Assembly: GCF_006345805.1 (NCBI RefSeq)
Contig: NC_043007.1
Coordinates: 35,340,001 to 35,404,000, forward strand
DNA from: Octopus sinensis
Lineage: Eukaryota
Direction: 5' to 3'
DNA: 64,000 nt
In this document: piece after piece, positions 11,238-24,358 of the stretch
Position numbering within the stretch: position 1 is the first letter of the stretch
Layout: every line of letters begins with the position of its first letter
Notes under the pieces: model-generated
Databases searched by the model: none
Told to the model about the DNA's origin: nothing
What the model saw: only the letters and a program-made list of their open reading frames with translations
Translations under genes and position numbers: made by a program

Positions 11238-11584
11238 CTCTCCCCCCCCTCTCTCTCTCTCAAATACACACAGATGTCTATGTATATATATATATATATA
11301 GTTTACATCACAGGAATTTAGAAACTTCAAGTGACGTGAGATAATTTGTTTTTAAAAGTGGAAGTTGAAATAGATAAAGCTAAAGATAGCAGCGAGTAAA
11401 TAGCGGGTTTCAAAAGAAAAATTCGAAGTCGCTGGTAGGAACAATGCTTCTAAAACGGATAAGTAAATTCGTAGGATTGCTTTGGTCCAATATTAGAATA
11501 TCTTTCATGCTAACAAAAGATGTGGGTTCGAGTCTGTAACGGATTTAAATTGATTAGGTACACGATATTATGATATGTCGGAGT

Positions 11585-12039
11585 AAGGCGGCGAGCTAGC
11601 AGAAACGATAGCGCGCCAGGCGAAATGCTTAGCGGTATTTAGCCCCTTGTGGGTAGTAAAGAAATAGGTATTTCGTCTGCCGCTACGTTCTGAGTTCAAA
11701 TTCCACCGAAGTCGACTTTGCCTTTCATCCTTTCGGGGTCGATAAATTAAATACCAGTTACGCACTGGGGTCAATGTAATCGACTTAATACCTATGTCTG
11801 TCCTTGTTTGTCCCTTCTATGTTTAGCCCCTTGTGGGTAATAAAGAAATAGGTATTTCGTCTGCCGCTACGTTCTGAGTTCAAATTCCGCCGAGGTCGAC
11901 TTTGCCTTTTCATCCTTTCGGGGTCGATTAAATAAGTACCAGTTACGCACTGGGGTCGATATAATCGACTTAATCCGTTTGTCTGTCCTTGCTTGACCTC
12001 TCTTTTTAGCCCCTTGTGGGTAGTAAAGAAATAGGTATT
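11585..12039 (+). mobile_element. Multimeric SINE family B insertion with 19-bp TSD
   Basis: Head AAGGCGGCGAGCTAGCAGAAACG, then tail, body+tail, body+tail. TATTATGATATGTCGGAGT at 11566-11584 and 12036-12054. Confidence 0.92.
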
Positions 12040-12828
12040 ATGATATGTCGGAGTCAGCAGGTGTGACGATAAAAAGTTGTTGTTATTATTGCATGTTGTA
12101 TGATGTGAAAGATGAACAATGCATGAAGTTTTAAGAAAGTATTTATTTACCGTTACGTTACAAATATCTTGCCTCGACGAGCAGGTTTTGATACATCCAA
12201 AAGCATGCGAAGTAAAGTTTTTGTTTGTGTCCTCTTCATTGTTTAGTAGTAATTGCGGAGACAGATAGAATGATATTGGAAGAGAACAGAATTAGAGATA
12301 GAGAGAATTGTAGGGTCTTGTCTCACAGTTGCTTTCTCCCTCTGACCAAGGTCGGTCAGTCAGACCTGGTTGAGTCGTCACCGACTGTGACTAACTCCGT
12401 GACTGTGACGAACGATTTTTGCTTGGGATGTGCTGGCTTATATAATTATCCAGAAGGATAGATATATCGTTGAGAACAATAGATTTAGTTGGTGGTCTTG
12501 TTATCGCTATTCTAGCTTTTGGTGGAGTAGAAGAGGTTAGAAAGAATCAAGTGGTGAAGGCATTATTTCGGCCTAGCTAAAGGCATCTAGAAAATGTAAA
12601 ACTGCTGTCAGAGAAAAACCATTACTCCACCATGGGAAAAGTTCTGTTGCAGCGTTAATTTAAATTTTGCTATGGTGGATCGAATCCACTTCATGCATGC
12701 AAGATCCACTACAAGTCTAATAAGAATCTTTCTATCCAAAGTGGGATTTTAAGTCCAATATTTGCACACATTCCTTATAACTTTACCTACTTCGAGTTCT
12801 GCGCTTAAAAACGATATACATATACATA

Positions 12829-12867
<39 letters not shown>

Positions 12868-12887
12868 ACACACACACACACACACAT

Positions 12888-12921
<34 letters not shown>

Positions 12922-13050
12922 CTGTGTATCTTTCTGTTGAAGAGCGTAGGCTCGAAACGTTAAAGACTTGTTTTATTTATATTTCCTGAGCGCCATACTA
13001 ATACAATTGTTCGTTTGTTTTCCACCTGCCTTCGTCTTTTGTTTATTTTC
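12922..13050 (+). ncRNA. Short microsatellite-embedded element with a minimal hammerhead-ribozyme motif (12929-12966), core variant CUGUUGA
   Basis: TCTTT-CTGTTGA-A-GAGC-gtag-GCTC-GAAAC-GTT-AAAGA: stem I 5 bp, stem II 4 bp, GUU cleavage triplet. Confidence 0.55.
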
Positions 13051-13239
13051 ATAAAGCTTCCCGTTTTGATTGATTGATTGATTCCAGTTTCAGCTCATGA
13101 GCTGTGGCCATGCTGGGGCACCGCCGTTATATATATATATATATATATACACATATATTTACATATATATATATATGTACACACACACACATATATATAT
13201 AGTCAAGCACCAAACATTTGACATTTTATTAATATTACA

Positions 13240-13327
<88 letters not shown>

Positions 13328-13498
13328 TTTAGTTCATCCTGCACAAGTACGTGTGCATTCATCACTATTTTATTTATCTTATTCAATTTTAGAAAATTGA
13401 ATCATGTCATCGACTATTCAGGAGCGTACCTGAATCTTGTTACGTGACTTTTGACTCAGTAAACCTGTTTTCGTATTATGTTTTTCTGTAAATTTCAA

Positions 13499-13553
<55 letters not shown>

Positions 13554-13564
13554 CATACATACAT

Positions 13565-13793
13565 GTTCAAAATGTAACCACGTGTGGATCGTTGGCGATT
13601 TTTTCCTCCATCTACCTTTTTCTTTTTTTTTACTTTATTCCGTCACCTGTTTCTGACGAAGAGCTTTGCTCGAAACATAAAAACTACCTTTCTTTCCTTC
13701 CCTGAGCGTCTGCTAATACTTTGCATGTACACGTCCTTTCGTTGTTGTTGCTTTTTCTTGTTGCGTTTGCTCTTCGTTTTTTGTGGGTGGGGA

Positions 13794-13797
<4 letters not shown>
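13565..13797 (+). ncRNA. Microsatellite-embedded pLTR-like element with a minimal hammerhead motif (13649-13684), intact CUGACGA core
   Basis: GTTT-CTGACGA-A-GAGC-ttt-GCTC-GAAAC-ATA-AAAAC. Homologous along its length to 35261-35474. Confidence 0.6.
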
Positions 13798-13882
<85 letters not shown>

Positions 13883-14279
13883 GGTATAAAAATTATATAT
13901 AAAAAAAACAAGAACGTGAAATACACAAAGAGACGAACACAAAAAACGGACGGGTCATTCGAAGCCTTTAATCTTCAGTCAGAAACCGGATCATCATAGC
14001 AAATTTCGGCTGATTAATCCTGATATTGCTCCAACACGGCCAGCCCCAATGAAAAACTAAGCTGCGAGCATTAGATTTCTTGGAAAAAGGATCGAATGTT
14101 AACGAAACAAGGACAGAAAAAAGGACGAAGCCACAAGAATATAAATACAAAAAAAAAACAAAAACAAAAATAAAAATAAAAACAAAAACAAGAATGGTAA
14201 TAACTGGATAACAGCAGGTGTCTTACGACTTTAGACAAATTTAGACAAATTTAACTTATACACACACACACATATAGAC

Positions 14280-14650
<371 letters not shown>

Positions 14651-15169
14651 TATTTCTCTATAAATCTTCTTGTTAAGACCGCTAAAATATACATAGTGTT
14701 CGGCATTCTAGACTTTCAAGTGCTTCCAATTTGTTTGACATTACAGTACAGACATATCTAGTGGTCACAGATCACGGCACATCTAATACGTACAGAAGCG
14801 ATGCTGGTTGCTAGTCTTTGTCTAGGTTATTATGTCAATCAATATTGTACTCTATGGACTAGTGTGTCTGTATGTACTGTATGTTCGTGTGTCTGTGTTT
14901 GTGTGCGTCTGTGTGCGTGTGAGTGTGTGTGTGCGTCTGTGTGCGTGTGAGTGTGTGTGTGTGTGTGTGTATGTGTTAGTTTCAGCAGTGCAATGAAAAT
15001 GTCTTTGGAAAAAATATATAGCATCGATAAAGAGCGTATGTGTATGTGAACCAGTGAGTATATGAATGTGTGTGTATGTGTGTGTGTTGTTGCGGGAGAA
15101 CGCCATCATCATCATCGTCGTCGTTGTCGTCGACGTCGCTTTCATGTTCGTCTTCCTCTCTTCCTCCTC

Positions 15170-15182
15170 CTCCTCCTCTATC

Positions 15183-15220
<38 letters not shown>

Positions 15221-15535
15221 GCCATAATCATTGTCATCGTCGTCATCATCATCATCATTGATCTCCAAGAAAAGTAACAGTAGATACAAAATAACTGACT
15301 AAGATGATCGTGACGACAACGAAAGACTACGATGATGACGATGATGATGACGATTATGATGATGACGATGATGATGATGATGACGACGACGACGACGATG
15401 ACGATGATGATGATGATGATGATGATGACGATGATGGTGACGATAATGATGACGATTATGATGATGACGATGATGATGATGATGATGATGACGATGATGA
15501 TGACGATGATGATGATGATGATGATGATGAAGACT
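15170..15535. repeat. (ATC)n and (GAT/GAC)n trinucleotide tracts
   Basis: Directly visible; they generate the poly-Asp/His/Met pseudo-ORFs. Confidence 0.93.
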
Positions 15536-16313
15536 ATGGCAACGAAGATGACGTTGAATGGCGGTCTGGTGCTGATTATCCATGACCATGCTGATAACGT
15601 TCGGAGGACTTAGTGTTCAAGAGGAGGAGGAGGAGTAGGAGGATGAGGTGAAGGTGTTGTAAGGACGCGGTGCTGGAGGTAGCGATATTTGGTGGGTGGG
15701 GGTGTAGGAGGAGGGGAAGATGTATTGGAGGATGCGGTAACGGGGGGGGGGTAGATGTGTTGGAGGATGAGGTGATGGATGGAGGATGAGGACTGGAAGT
15801 TTATCAATCTGGCTGAATATTGATCAAAGCATTAACTGGTGTGGACATTTCGAATATCAAAGGAAACTGACTCCATAAATATGTCACTGAGTGTACTTCT
15901 GTATGTGTATGTGTGTGTGTGTGTGTGTGTGGTGTGTGTGTGTGTGTGTGTGTTTGTAAGTTTGTGAATGTGTATGTGTGTGTGCGTCTGTGTGAATGTG
16001 GGAAGTATGGTGATAAAAGATGAAAAATGGAAACATGATGGGCGATATTTTCTGAGTGCGGACATCATGTGTTTGTATGTGTTTGTGTGTGTGTGTGTGG
16101 TGTGTGTGTGTGTGTGTGTGTGTGCATGTGTGTGTGTGTGTGTATGTGTGTGTGTGTGTATGTGTGTGTGTGTGTGTATGGTGTGTGTGTGTATGTTGTG
16201 TGTGTGTGTGTATATATGTGTGTGTGTGTGTGTATGTGTGTGTGTGTGTATGTGTGTGTGTGTGTGTATGTGTGTGTGCATGTATGTGTGTGTGTATATA
16301 TGTGTGTGTGTGT

Positions 16314-16352
<39 letters not shown>

Positions 16353-16639
16353 CGTGTTTGGTCTCTCTCGGTCTCTCTCTCTCTCTCCTTTTTGAGATTG
16401 GAGATGCTTGGAGATATGTTACGGAATTTATAGCTTCTGAGAGATGAATAACGATGAATGAAATCAAGCTGGACTGGAGCCAATCAGGAGATGTTTGAAG
16501 GAAAGCCTCAAGCTATTGTCACAACAAAGATAACAGAAAAGGTCGGGGTGGGTGGGGGAAGAAATGAAGAAGACGAGAGATAAAAGAGAAAGAGAGAGAG
16601 AGAGACAGGGGAAGAGAAAGACGGCGAGAGAAGTGTAGA

Positions 16640-16652
16640 TTAATAAATAAAA

Positions 16653-16683
<31 letters not shown>

Positions 16684-16927
16684 AAATAGGTGAATAAATG
16701 AAAAGAGCTTGTAGAAGTGCAAAGTTCAACCCGTGAGACTAGATTAGTATAAAAGCCAGGTGTCAATAGCGATTAAAGATCTTTATATATCATGCGGACA
16801 TAAAGACGAGTTTAAATAAGCAGGTGGGAATAATGGGGTATTGAATTCCCACGCCTTTCTTAGCAACTGTCGTAATGTCAGTGCAACGGAAAGGCTTCTA
16901 AAAGGTAGAGCTAAATAATAAATAAAA

Positions 16928-16962
<35 letters not shown>

Positions 16963-17196
16963 AAATAGGTGAATAAATGAAAAGAGCTTGTAGAAGTGCA
17001 AAGTTCAACCCGTGAGACCAGATTAGTATAAAAGCCAGGTGTCAATAGCGATTAAAGATCTTTATATATCATGCGGACATAAAGACGAGTTTAAATAAGC
17101 AGGTGGGAATAATGGGGTATTGAATTCCCACGCCTTTCTTAGCAACTGTCGTAATGTCAGTGCAACGGAAAGGCTTCTAAAAGGTAGAGCTAAATA
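16640..17196. repeat. Tandem duplication, period about 279 bp, each unit starting in (AAAT)n
   Basis: GGTGAATAAATGAAAAGAGC...AAAAGGTAGAGCTAAATA occurs at 16689 and 16968, nearly identical. Confidence 0.93.
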
Positions 17197-17330
17197 TGTA
17201 TTGCTGCCAAAACTACATAACCCGCATCACGGCGCCTAACAATGTCAAACTGCCCCTTCGCGTTCGCTTGTGTCAAGTTACATTTTCTCCTTAAATAGAT
17301 CACCCATTTCCCTCGGTGAATGTCAACGAG

Positions 17331-18555
17331 CAGGTGCAGGTGTAGGTGCAGGTGCAGGTGCAGGTGCAGGTGCAGGTGTAGGTGCAGGTGCAGGTGCAGG
17401 TGTAGGTGCAGGTGCAGGTGCAGGTGTAGGTGCAGGTGCAGGTGCAGGTGCAGGTGTAGGTGCAGGTGCAGGTGCAGGTGCAGGTGCAGGTGCAGGTGTA
17501 GGTGCAGGTGCAGGTGCAGGTGCAGGTGTAGGTGCAGGTGCAGGTGCAGGTGCAGGTGCATGTGTATGTGGCAGGTGCAGGTGCAGGTGCAGGTGTAGGT
17601 GCAGGTGCAGTGCAGGTGTAGGTGTAGGTGCAGGTGTAGTGCAGGTGCAGGTGCAGGTGGTAGGTGCAGGTGCAGGTGCAGGTGTAGGTGCAGGTGCAGG
17701 TGCAGGTGTAGGTGCAGGTGTATGTGCAGGTGCAGGTGCAGGTGCAGTGTAGGTGCAGGTGCAGGTGCAGGTGTAGGTGGCAGGTGCAGGTGTAGGTGCA
17801 GTGTAGGTGCAGGTGCAGGTGCAGGTGCAGGTGCAGGTGAAGGTGTAGGTGCAGGTGCAGGTGCAGGTGCAGGTGTAGGTGAGGTGCAGGTGCAGGTGCA
17901 GGTGCAGGTGCATGTGTATGTGGCAGGTGCAGGTGCAGTGCAGGTGTAGGTGCAGTGTAGGTGCAGGTGCGGTGTAGGTGCAGGTGTAGGTGCAGGTGCA
18001 GGTGCAGGTGTAGGTGCAGGTGCAGGTGCAGGTGTAGGTGCAGGTGCAGGTGCAGGTGTAGGTGCAGGTGCAGGTGCAGGTGCAGGTGTAGGTGCAGGTG
18101 CAGTGCAGGTGCAGGTGCAGGTGCAGTGTAGGTGCAGGTGCAGGTGCAGGTGCAGGTGTAGGTGCAGGTGCAGGTGCAGGTGCAGGTGCATGTGTATGTG
18201 CAGGTGCAGGTGCAGGTGCAGGTGTAGGTGCAGGTGCGGTGCAGGTGCAGGTGCAGGTGTAGGTGTAGGTGCAGTGCAGGTGCAGGTGTAGGTGCAGTGC
18301 AGGTGCAGGTGTAGGTGCGGTGCAGGTGCAGGTGTAGGTGCAGGTGTATGTGCAGGTGCAGGTGCAGGTGCAGGTGTAGGTGCAGGTGCAGGTGCAGGTG
18401 CAGGTGTATGTGCAGGTGCAGGTGCAGGTGTATGTGCAGGTGCAGGTGTAGGTGCAGGTGTAGGTGCAGGTGCAGGTGCAGGTGCAGGTGTAGGTGCAGG
18501 TGCAGGTGCAGGTGTAGGTGCAGGTGCAGGTGCAGGTGCAGGTGCAGGTGCAGGT
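17331..18555. repeat. (GGTGCA)n hexamer array (about 1.2 kb) with GGTGTA, pentamer and CATGTGTATGTG variants
   Basis: Directly visible. Confidence 0.97.
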
Positions 18556-18740
18556 CACACTATTGTTGCTCAACCTCAGGTCTGCCCTGCTCAAAACAAA
18601 ACAAAAAAGAAAACGCCAGGACGCCTGTTGTATACATATATATACATATATATATATATGGAACTTAACTATGGTCTGTCTATAGCACTTATTCAGCATT
18701 ACCTGACACTTTTGAGTCTCAATGACACCATTATCTCTTG

Positions 18741-18794
<54 letters not shown>

Positions 18795-18797
<3 letters not shown>

Positions 18798-18913
18798 ACC
18801 GTAATCACCGTGACCGACCAGGTTATCAGATGTTGCTACACATCGCTGGTCACAATGTGCTTCGCATTGTTTTAGCCTTCAAATGACGCTACCCCGCTGG
18901 CTAAGCGAGCAGG

Positions 18914-18916
<3 letters not shown>
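18795..18916 (-). mobile_element. Short repeat fragment inside (TA)n, probably a SINE 3' tail
   Basis: CTCACCGTAATCACCGTGACCGACCAGG...GCGAGCAGGCCAA with (TA)n on both sides. The tail assignment is from recognition only. Confidence 0.45.
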
Positions 18917-18958
<42 letters not shown>

Positions 18959-19336
18959 AGATAAATAAAAATATATGCATACATACAAACATATATGTAC
19001 GTACCTACATCTACATGTATATATACATGCATATATAAATAATTATACGGAAGTACAGGACATCACAATAAGACGTAGAAACAGAAAAAGCCAAAAAACA
19101 AAAAACAAGAAAACGGAAAACGAAAACCAAATACAGGACAGGTTACACAAGGACAAAACCCCCGTCATCAGCTGTCGCTAGAGGAGTCAGGCATGTTTCG
19201 AAGGCATAACAGAACACTAATCCAATAGGCCTTCCTGCGAGAGAATTAAAATAAAATTTCAAGCAGCGGGGCACAATGAGTACGAACACAAACAAGACGT
19301 AACAATAAGACTGCAAAATTAAAATACATATATATA

Positions 19337-19376
<40 letters not shown>

Positions 19377-19924
19377 TTTTATACGAACAGCTTTTCTAAT
19401 TAAGTACCCCTAAGAAACTGTAATATCATTTATGGATTAACACAAATAACTTTTGAATTCTATATTATACCTCTTAATTTAATCTTAGTATATCATTAGC
19501 ATGTCTTTTTAACAGCAATTGTTCTTTTAACCAAAATCGGGTTTCAGTCCTGATTATAATAAGCTAAATAAGTTAATTAACAATTTTAGCTCATAATACT
19601 TAAATTATTATAGATTTTATATAAATACTTGCTATTGAAGTTAATAAGGTATGGATATTTTATTATGGTTTTTAGTGATTATGCTGTTTTTATTCCTTTT
19701 CTATGATGCCCTACCCTAAATATTCCTTTAGCCGATACCAGACATCAGTCTTTTATTGATATTAATAAGTAAATATATAATTTTTAGTCTAATATATTTT
19801 GAATTATTATACTTTTTCTAAAAATCTTCTCTATTGGTGTTAATAAGCTACATATACTTTAGTAGATTTTGACCTTTAAATTTCTGGGAAAAAGTGCGGT
19901 TATACTCGAGGGTTTACGGTACTA

Positions 19925-20480
19925 ATTATGAAATTTATTTTCCCCATAAATTCATAATTTAAAAGTTATTAGCCTTTAAAGTTTGCAAAATTTGGGTATT
20001 TTAGCCAATCAGAAGCGCGTATTTTACACATCACTGTGAAATTTTGTTAGGATAGTAAACAGAGAAGCACCACGAGTTCCATAGCTGATTACGAAGAACT
20101 TCGTTTCCATGGTAACCAAAGATGCGCACAAGGAGTGTAGCCAACACGTGTTCTATATTTTTGTTCATAACAGTAGGAATTCGATTCTAGAACGTTTTTC
20201 ACTGTTTACTGTAGCTAGTTTAACGTTTTGAAATGCCGGTGTCCCGACTCTTTCTCGCTACTGTGACAGATGATGGAAGAGGCAACGAACGCGCTGTTTT
20301 CTGATTGGCTGAAAATTCTGAAAAATGATAAAACTTTGAACACCTGTAACAGTTTCGTAAAATTTTATCTGGAATAAATGAATAACAAATTTGGATTCAG
20401 CGTCAAAAATTACATCTATATGATACATTACATTTTTTTAAAAAGATTTCGACATGTAGTGACAAAAATCACAAAGCTCC
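19925..20480. mobile_element. Degenerate MITE-like element
   Basis: Internal inverted pair TTTTAGCCAATCAGAAGCGCG / CGCGCTGTTTTCTGATTGGCTGAAAA; termini not resolved. Confidence 0.35.
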
Positions 20481-20595
20481 ACATGTCGTAAACCTTTTTA
20501 GGGTCTATCCAGGCCATCCACGCACAAGTTATTTGGGGGGGGGCGTTTAAAGTTCATTACAACTATATTTATCACAAGGTGGTCCTTGGTGTAAT

Positions 20596-20640
<45 letters not shown>

Positions 20641-20717
20641 CAATATTATTATTATTATTATTACAGCAAATTACTTGTACAATAGGGCACTCGTACTGCG
20701 AGGCTATACTGTATGTC

Positions 20718-20782
<65 letters not shown>

Positions 20783-20861
20783 TGTTTGTGTGTGTATATA
20801 TTTGTATACACACACAAACACACACATATATATACATATATATATATATACATATACATAC

Positions 20862-20935
<74 letters not shown>

Positions 20936-20967
20936 CATACATACGCACACACATATTCAATATATAT

Positions 20968-21390
20968 TCTTTTATTCTCTTATTTGTTTCAACCATTTGA
21001 TTGTAGCCATGCTGGAGCACTGCCTTTAGTCGAATACACCGATCCCATGACTTCTTTGTAAGCATAGTACGTATTTTATCAGTCATTTTTGCCGAACCTC
21101 TAAGTAACGTGGACGTAAACACACCAGCATCGGTTGTTAAGTGATGGTGGGGGACAAACACAAACACACACACACAGACAAACACACAAACACACACACA
21201 CATACATATATATAATATATATATATATATTATATATATATATATATACGACGGGCTTTTTTCGGTTTCCGTCTACTAAATCCACTCACAAGGCTTTGGT
21301 TGACCCGGGGCTATAGTAGAAGTGGGACTGAACTCGGGACTATGTGGTTGGGAAGCAAGCTTCTTACCACACAGTCACCCCTACGCCTAT
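20968..21390 (-). mobile_element. SINE family A, near full-length
   Basis: Reverse complement of the 3468-3928 consensus, including the internal (CA)(TA) tract. Confidence 0.88.
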
Positions 21391-21715
21391 ATATATTTAT
21401 TATAACTGTTTAACTCAGCTCTACATTTCTTGAAATTTCATGGGCATAAGATACATTTTACCTTGGCAGATGTTCGAAGAAAGTTGGGTGTATCTAACAT
21501 CCACAACACTGTGGGGCTGAGTAACTCCAGCCAAAACGGTTGAGCACTACTTTCATTGGTTTGTACACTCACTCATATCAACGTATACATATATACACAC
21601 ACATATATATATATATACATACACACACACACACGCACATATATACACACATACATGTAGAAATAAGCAATACTGCTTCCTTGTTTTCGACTCCAAATTT
21701 TTGCATACACAAGTG

Positions 21716-21763
<48 letters not shown>

Positions 21764-21875
21764 CGTGCGTGTGTGTGTGTGTGTGGTGTGTGTGTGTGTG
21801 TGTGTGTTCGCGAGAGAAAGGAAAGTGAAAGATGGGGTGCAATGACTCATGTGTCAATTTTATTTACATCAAATT

Positions 21876-21907
<32 letters not shown>

Positions 21908-22463
21908 TGTATGTATGTATGTATGTATGTATGTATGTGTGTATGTATGTATGTATAGATGGATCGATAGAGAGAAAGAGAGAATTTATAGAGTCGAATA
22001 GTTAAATATTATTTTAAGCTTAAATAATAACCAATTAAAGGAAAAGAGACGAAATAATTGATTGAAGCTGATTCTAAATTCTAAATTAGGAAATCTGCGA
22101 ACAAGAAGCAAAACAATGCTAAAGCGAAATACATTAAGTGTACAATTTTTATTCATGGCCAGGTGAAAGAAAAAATTGCAAAATGGTTGATATATTAATA
22201 GTTGAAGTTGTGTTTGGTAAATAATTGAAAATTTAGAAGAAAATTTTAAATGAATGTGAAAACATCTGACATAATTGAGGTGATGTGACAGAAATGGAAA
22301 AGGAAATAGCAAAATTTAAACATGCCCATTTAAGGCATTTGAACTTAACATTTTCTTCGTATTTATTCCACCTGGAATCGGTAAAATAAATCCACCTATA
22401 AAAGCTTCAAAATTAACGTGCAGGTGGCTGAGCGAACCACATACACGAATAACACTTAACATA

Positions 22464-24039
22464 CAGCCTTGGCTAAAAGTATTAGGGTACCCCCAATGTT
22501 TTGGGGTTCTGCTATCTCAATGTTAATGAAACTCGTGCACAATATAGATTAGTTTTAATATCTGGTTGACCCTCACAATATACATTAGTTTTAATATCTA
22601 GTTGACCCCCACGATATACATTAGTTTTAATATCTGGTTGACCCTCATTTAACATCAATTACCGCTTTTATACTGTACATATGCAACCAATTATAAGACC
22701 AACGTCCAAAATTAACTTACGTTTCCTTGATTATTTCAGCGTTTTATGCTAAAATACGTTGCAGATACAGTTAATAAACAGTAAAATGCTTAAAACAAGG
22801 GAGTTGAGTGTGTGTGAGTGAGGTCAAATCATAGCTCATCATGAAGATGGAATGTCTCAAAGGCAAATTGCTCAGAAGATTAAATGTTCTCCATGTACAG
22901 TGCAAACGACTTTCAAGCGTTTCAGAGAGACAAAAAATGTGAGGACAATACAAAAAAACAGGTAGAGAAAAGGTTACCACCTCATGATGACAGATCCATC
23001 ATCCGTCAGTCGCTCAGAAACAGGAGAAAAGCATCGTCGGATCTCTGTGCGGACTTCAACGAGGCAAGTACTTCTCAAATATCAAGCACAATTGTTAGTA
23101 GAAGGCTTGTAGTGTATGGTCTGAAAGGCTATAAAGCCAGGAAGAAGCCATAGGTTTCTGAATCGAATATGGAAAAACGTCTTCAGTGGGCCGAAAACCA
23201 CTCAAATTGGACCAGTGAGCAATGGCCGAAAGTTATATGGACTGAAGACAGTAACTATGAGGTAAGATAGTACATGTACTCAATCAACATATAAACTTAA
23301 TGTAACTGATTTGTTGCCCAAAATATTTTTTAAAAAGTATCCAACATAAAGCTAATATTATTTCTATGATTTTTACTCAGGTTTTCAGTACATCTAGTGC
23401 AACTTTCGTGCGTCGCAGTTGGGGGAGCATTTAAGGCTGAATGTCTGGTACCAACTGTAAAACATGGGACTGATTCTATCGTGGTGTGGTCCTGCATGTC
23501 TGCCACAGGACCTGGAGAAATGTTTTTTATGTCAGGGAAGAATGAATTCAGCTACCTACGTTTCTATGTTATCGGATGTTTTAGAGCCATCAATTGCTAA
23601 ATTGCATCCAGAAGTGTCGAAAAACAGTGTTATCTTTCAACAGGACAACGTTCCATGTCACACAGCAAAGAATACTCGCCAATGGTTTGAGACACAGAGT
23701 TCGCATGGACTGGCCAGCTCAAAATCCCAATCTAATTGAACACCTATGGAAAACAGTTGGTGAAGCTATCAGGAACACAAAAATTAAAAATAAAGAGCAT
23801 TTGTACGAAAAGTTGATAGAAGAATAGAGTAAAATTGTGCCTAGCACCGGCAAGTAACTAGTTGATTCAATACCTAATTGTTTAAAAGCGGTAACTGATG
23901 CTAAAGGAGGGTCAACCAGATATTAAAACTAATGTATATTATGAAATATACCATAATCTGCCATGTGGACGAGTTTCATTAACATTGAGATAGCAGAACC
24001 CAAAAACATTGGGCGGCCTAATACTTTTGGCCAAGGCTG
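22464..24039 (+). mobile_element. Near full-length Tc1-family transposon (1576 bp) with an intron-containing transposase pseudogene
   Basis: TA|CAGCCTTGGCTAAAAGTATTAGG ... CCTAATACTTTTGGCCAAGGCTG|TA with long TIRs. ORF from ATG 22786: MLKTRELSVCE*GQIIAHHEDGMSQRQIAQK, ARKKP, WPKVIWTEDS, LVPTVKHG..IVVWSCM, FQQDNVPCH, WPAQNPNLIEHLW. GT-AG intron at 23262-23380. Confidence 0.93.
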
Positions 24040-24044
24040 TAGTT

Positions 24045-24240
24045 ATCGAGGAGAATCAGCGTGACACAGAAAGTGACAAGGCTGACCCTTTGAAATACAG
24101 GTACTACTCACTTTTGTCAGCTGAATGAACAACGTGAGAAATAAAAAAATTGATCAAAGACATAAGAAACCGCCCGGTATCTAACTCACCACTTTACGAT
24201 CGTGAGCCAAATACACTAACCACTAAGTCACGCGAATTCA
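24045..24240 (-). mobile_element. SINE family D-like diverged copy
   Basis: CAGCGTGACACAGAAAGTGACAAGGCTGACCCTTTGAAATACAGGTAC...CACTAACCACTAAGTCACGCG. Confidence 0.65.
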
Positions 24241-24358
24241 TTGTTTTGTTTAAGCTTTTAAATAAAACTTTTTTTTTTCACATTATATAGGTTATCTGAT
24301 AACGATGGAGGATACATTAAACGTAACAAAGACTGGAATAAACACCTTTATTAAAAAT

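Noticed and set aside
13940-13990. CTGAAGA/CTGATGA cores on the minus strand here and at about 40060-40095
   Set aside because: They are followed by GAAT rather than GAAA and lack a convincing stem II; possibly decayed pLTRs, but not supportable as ribozymes.
17323-18699. 458-aa and other long ORFs across the hexamer array
   Set aside because: They are open only because the repeat has no stop codons on that strand; the frame drifts at pentamer units and no splice context is evident.
19150-19245. Minus-strand hammerhead-like pieces (GAAGGC...GCCTTC-GAAACATG; separate CTGATGA)
   Set aside because: No CUGANGA precedes the stem, and stem I cannot be formed.
19380-19860. Mitochondrial insertion (NUMT) in very AT-rich stretches here and at 6260-6960
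   Set aside because: No mitochondrial gene, rRNA or tRNA motif could be recognised.
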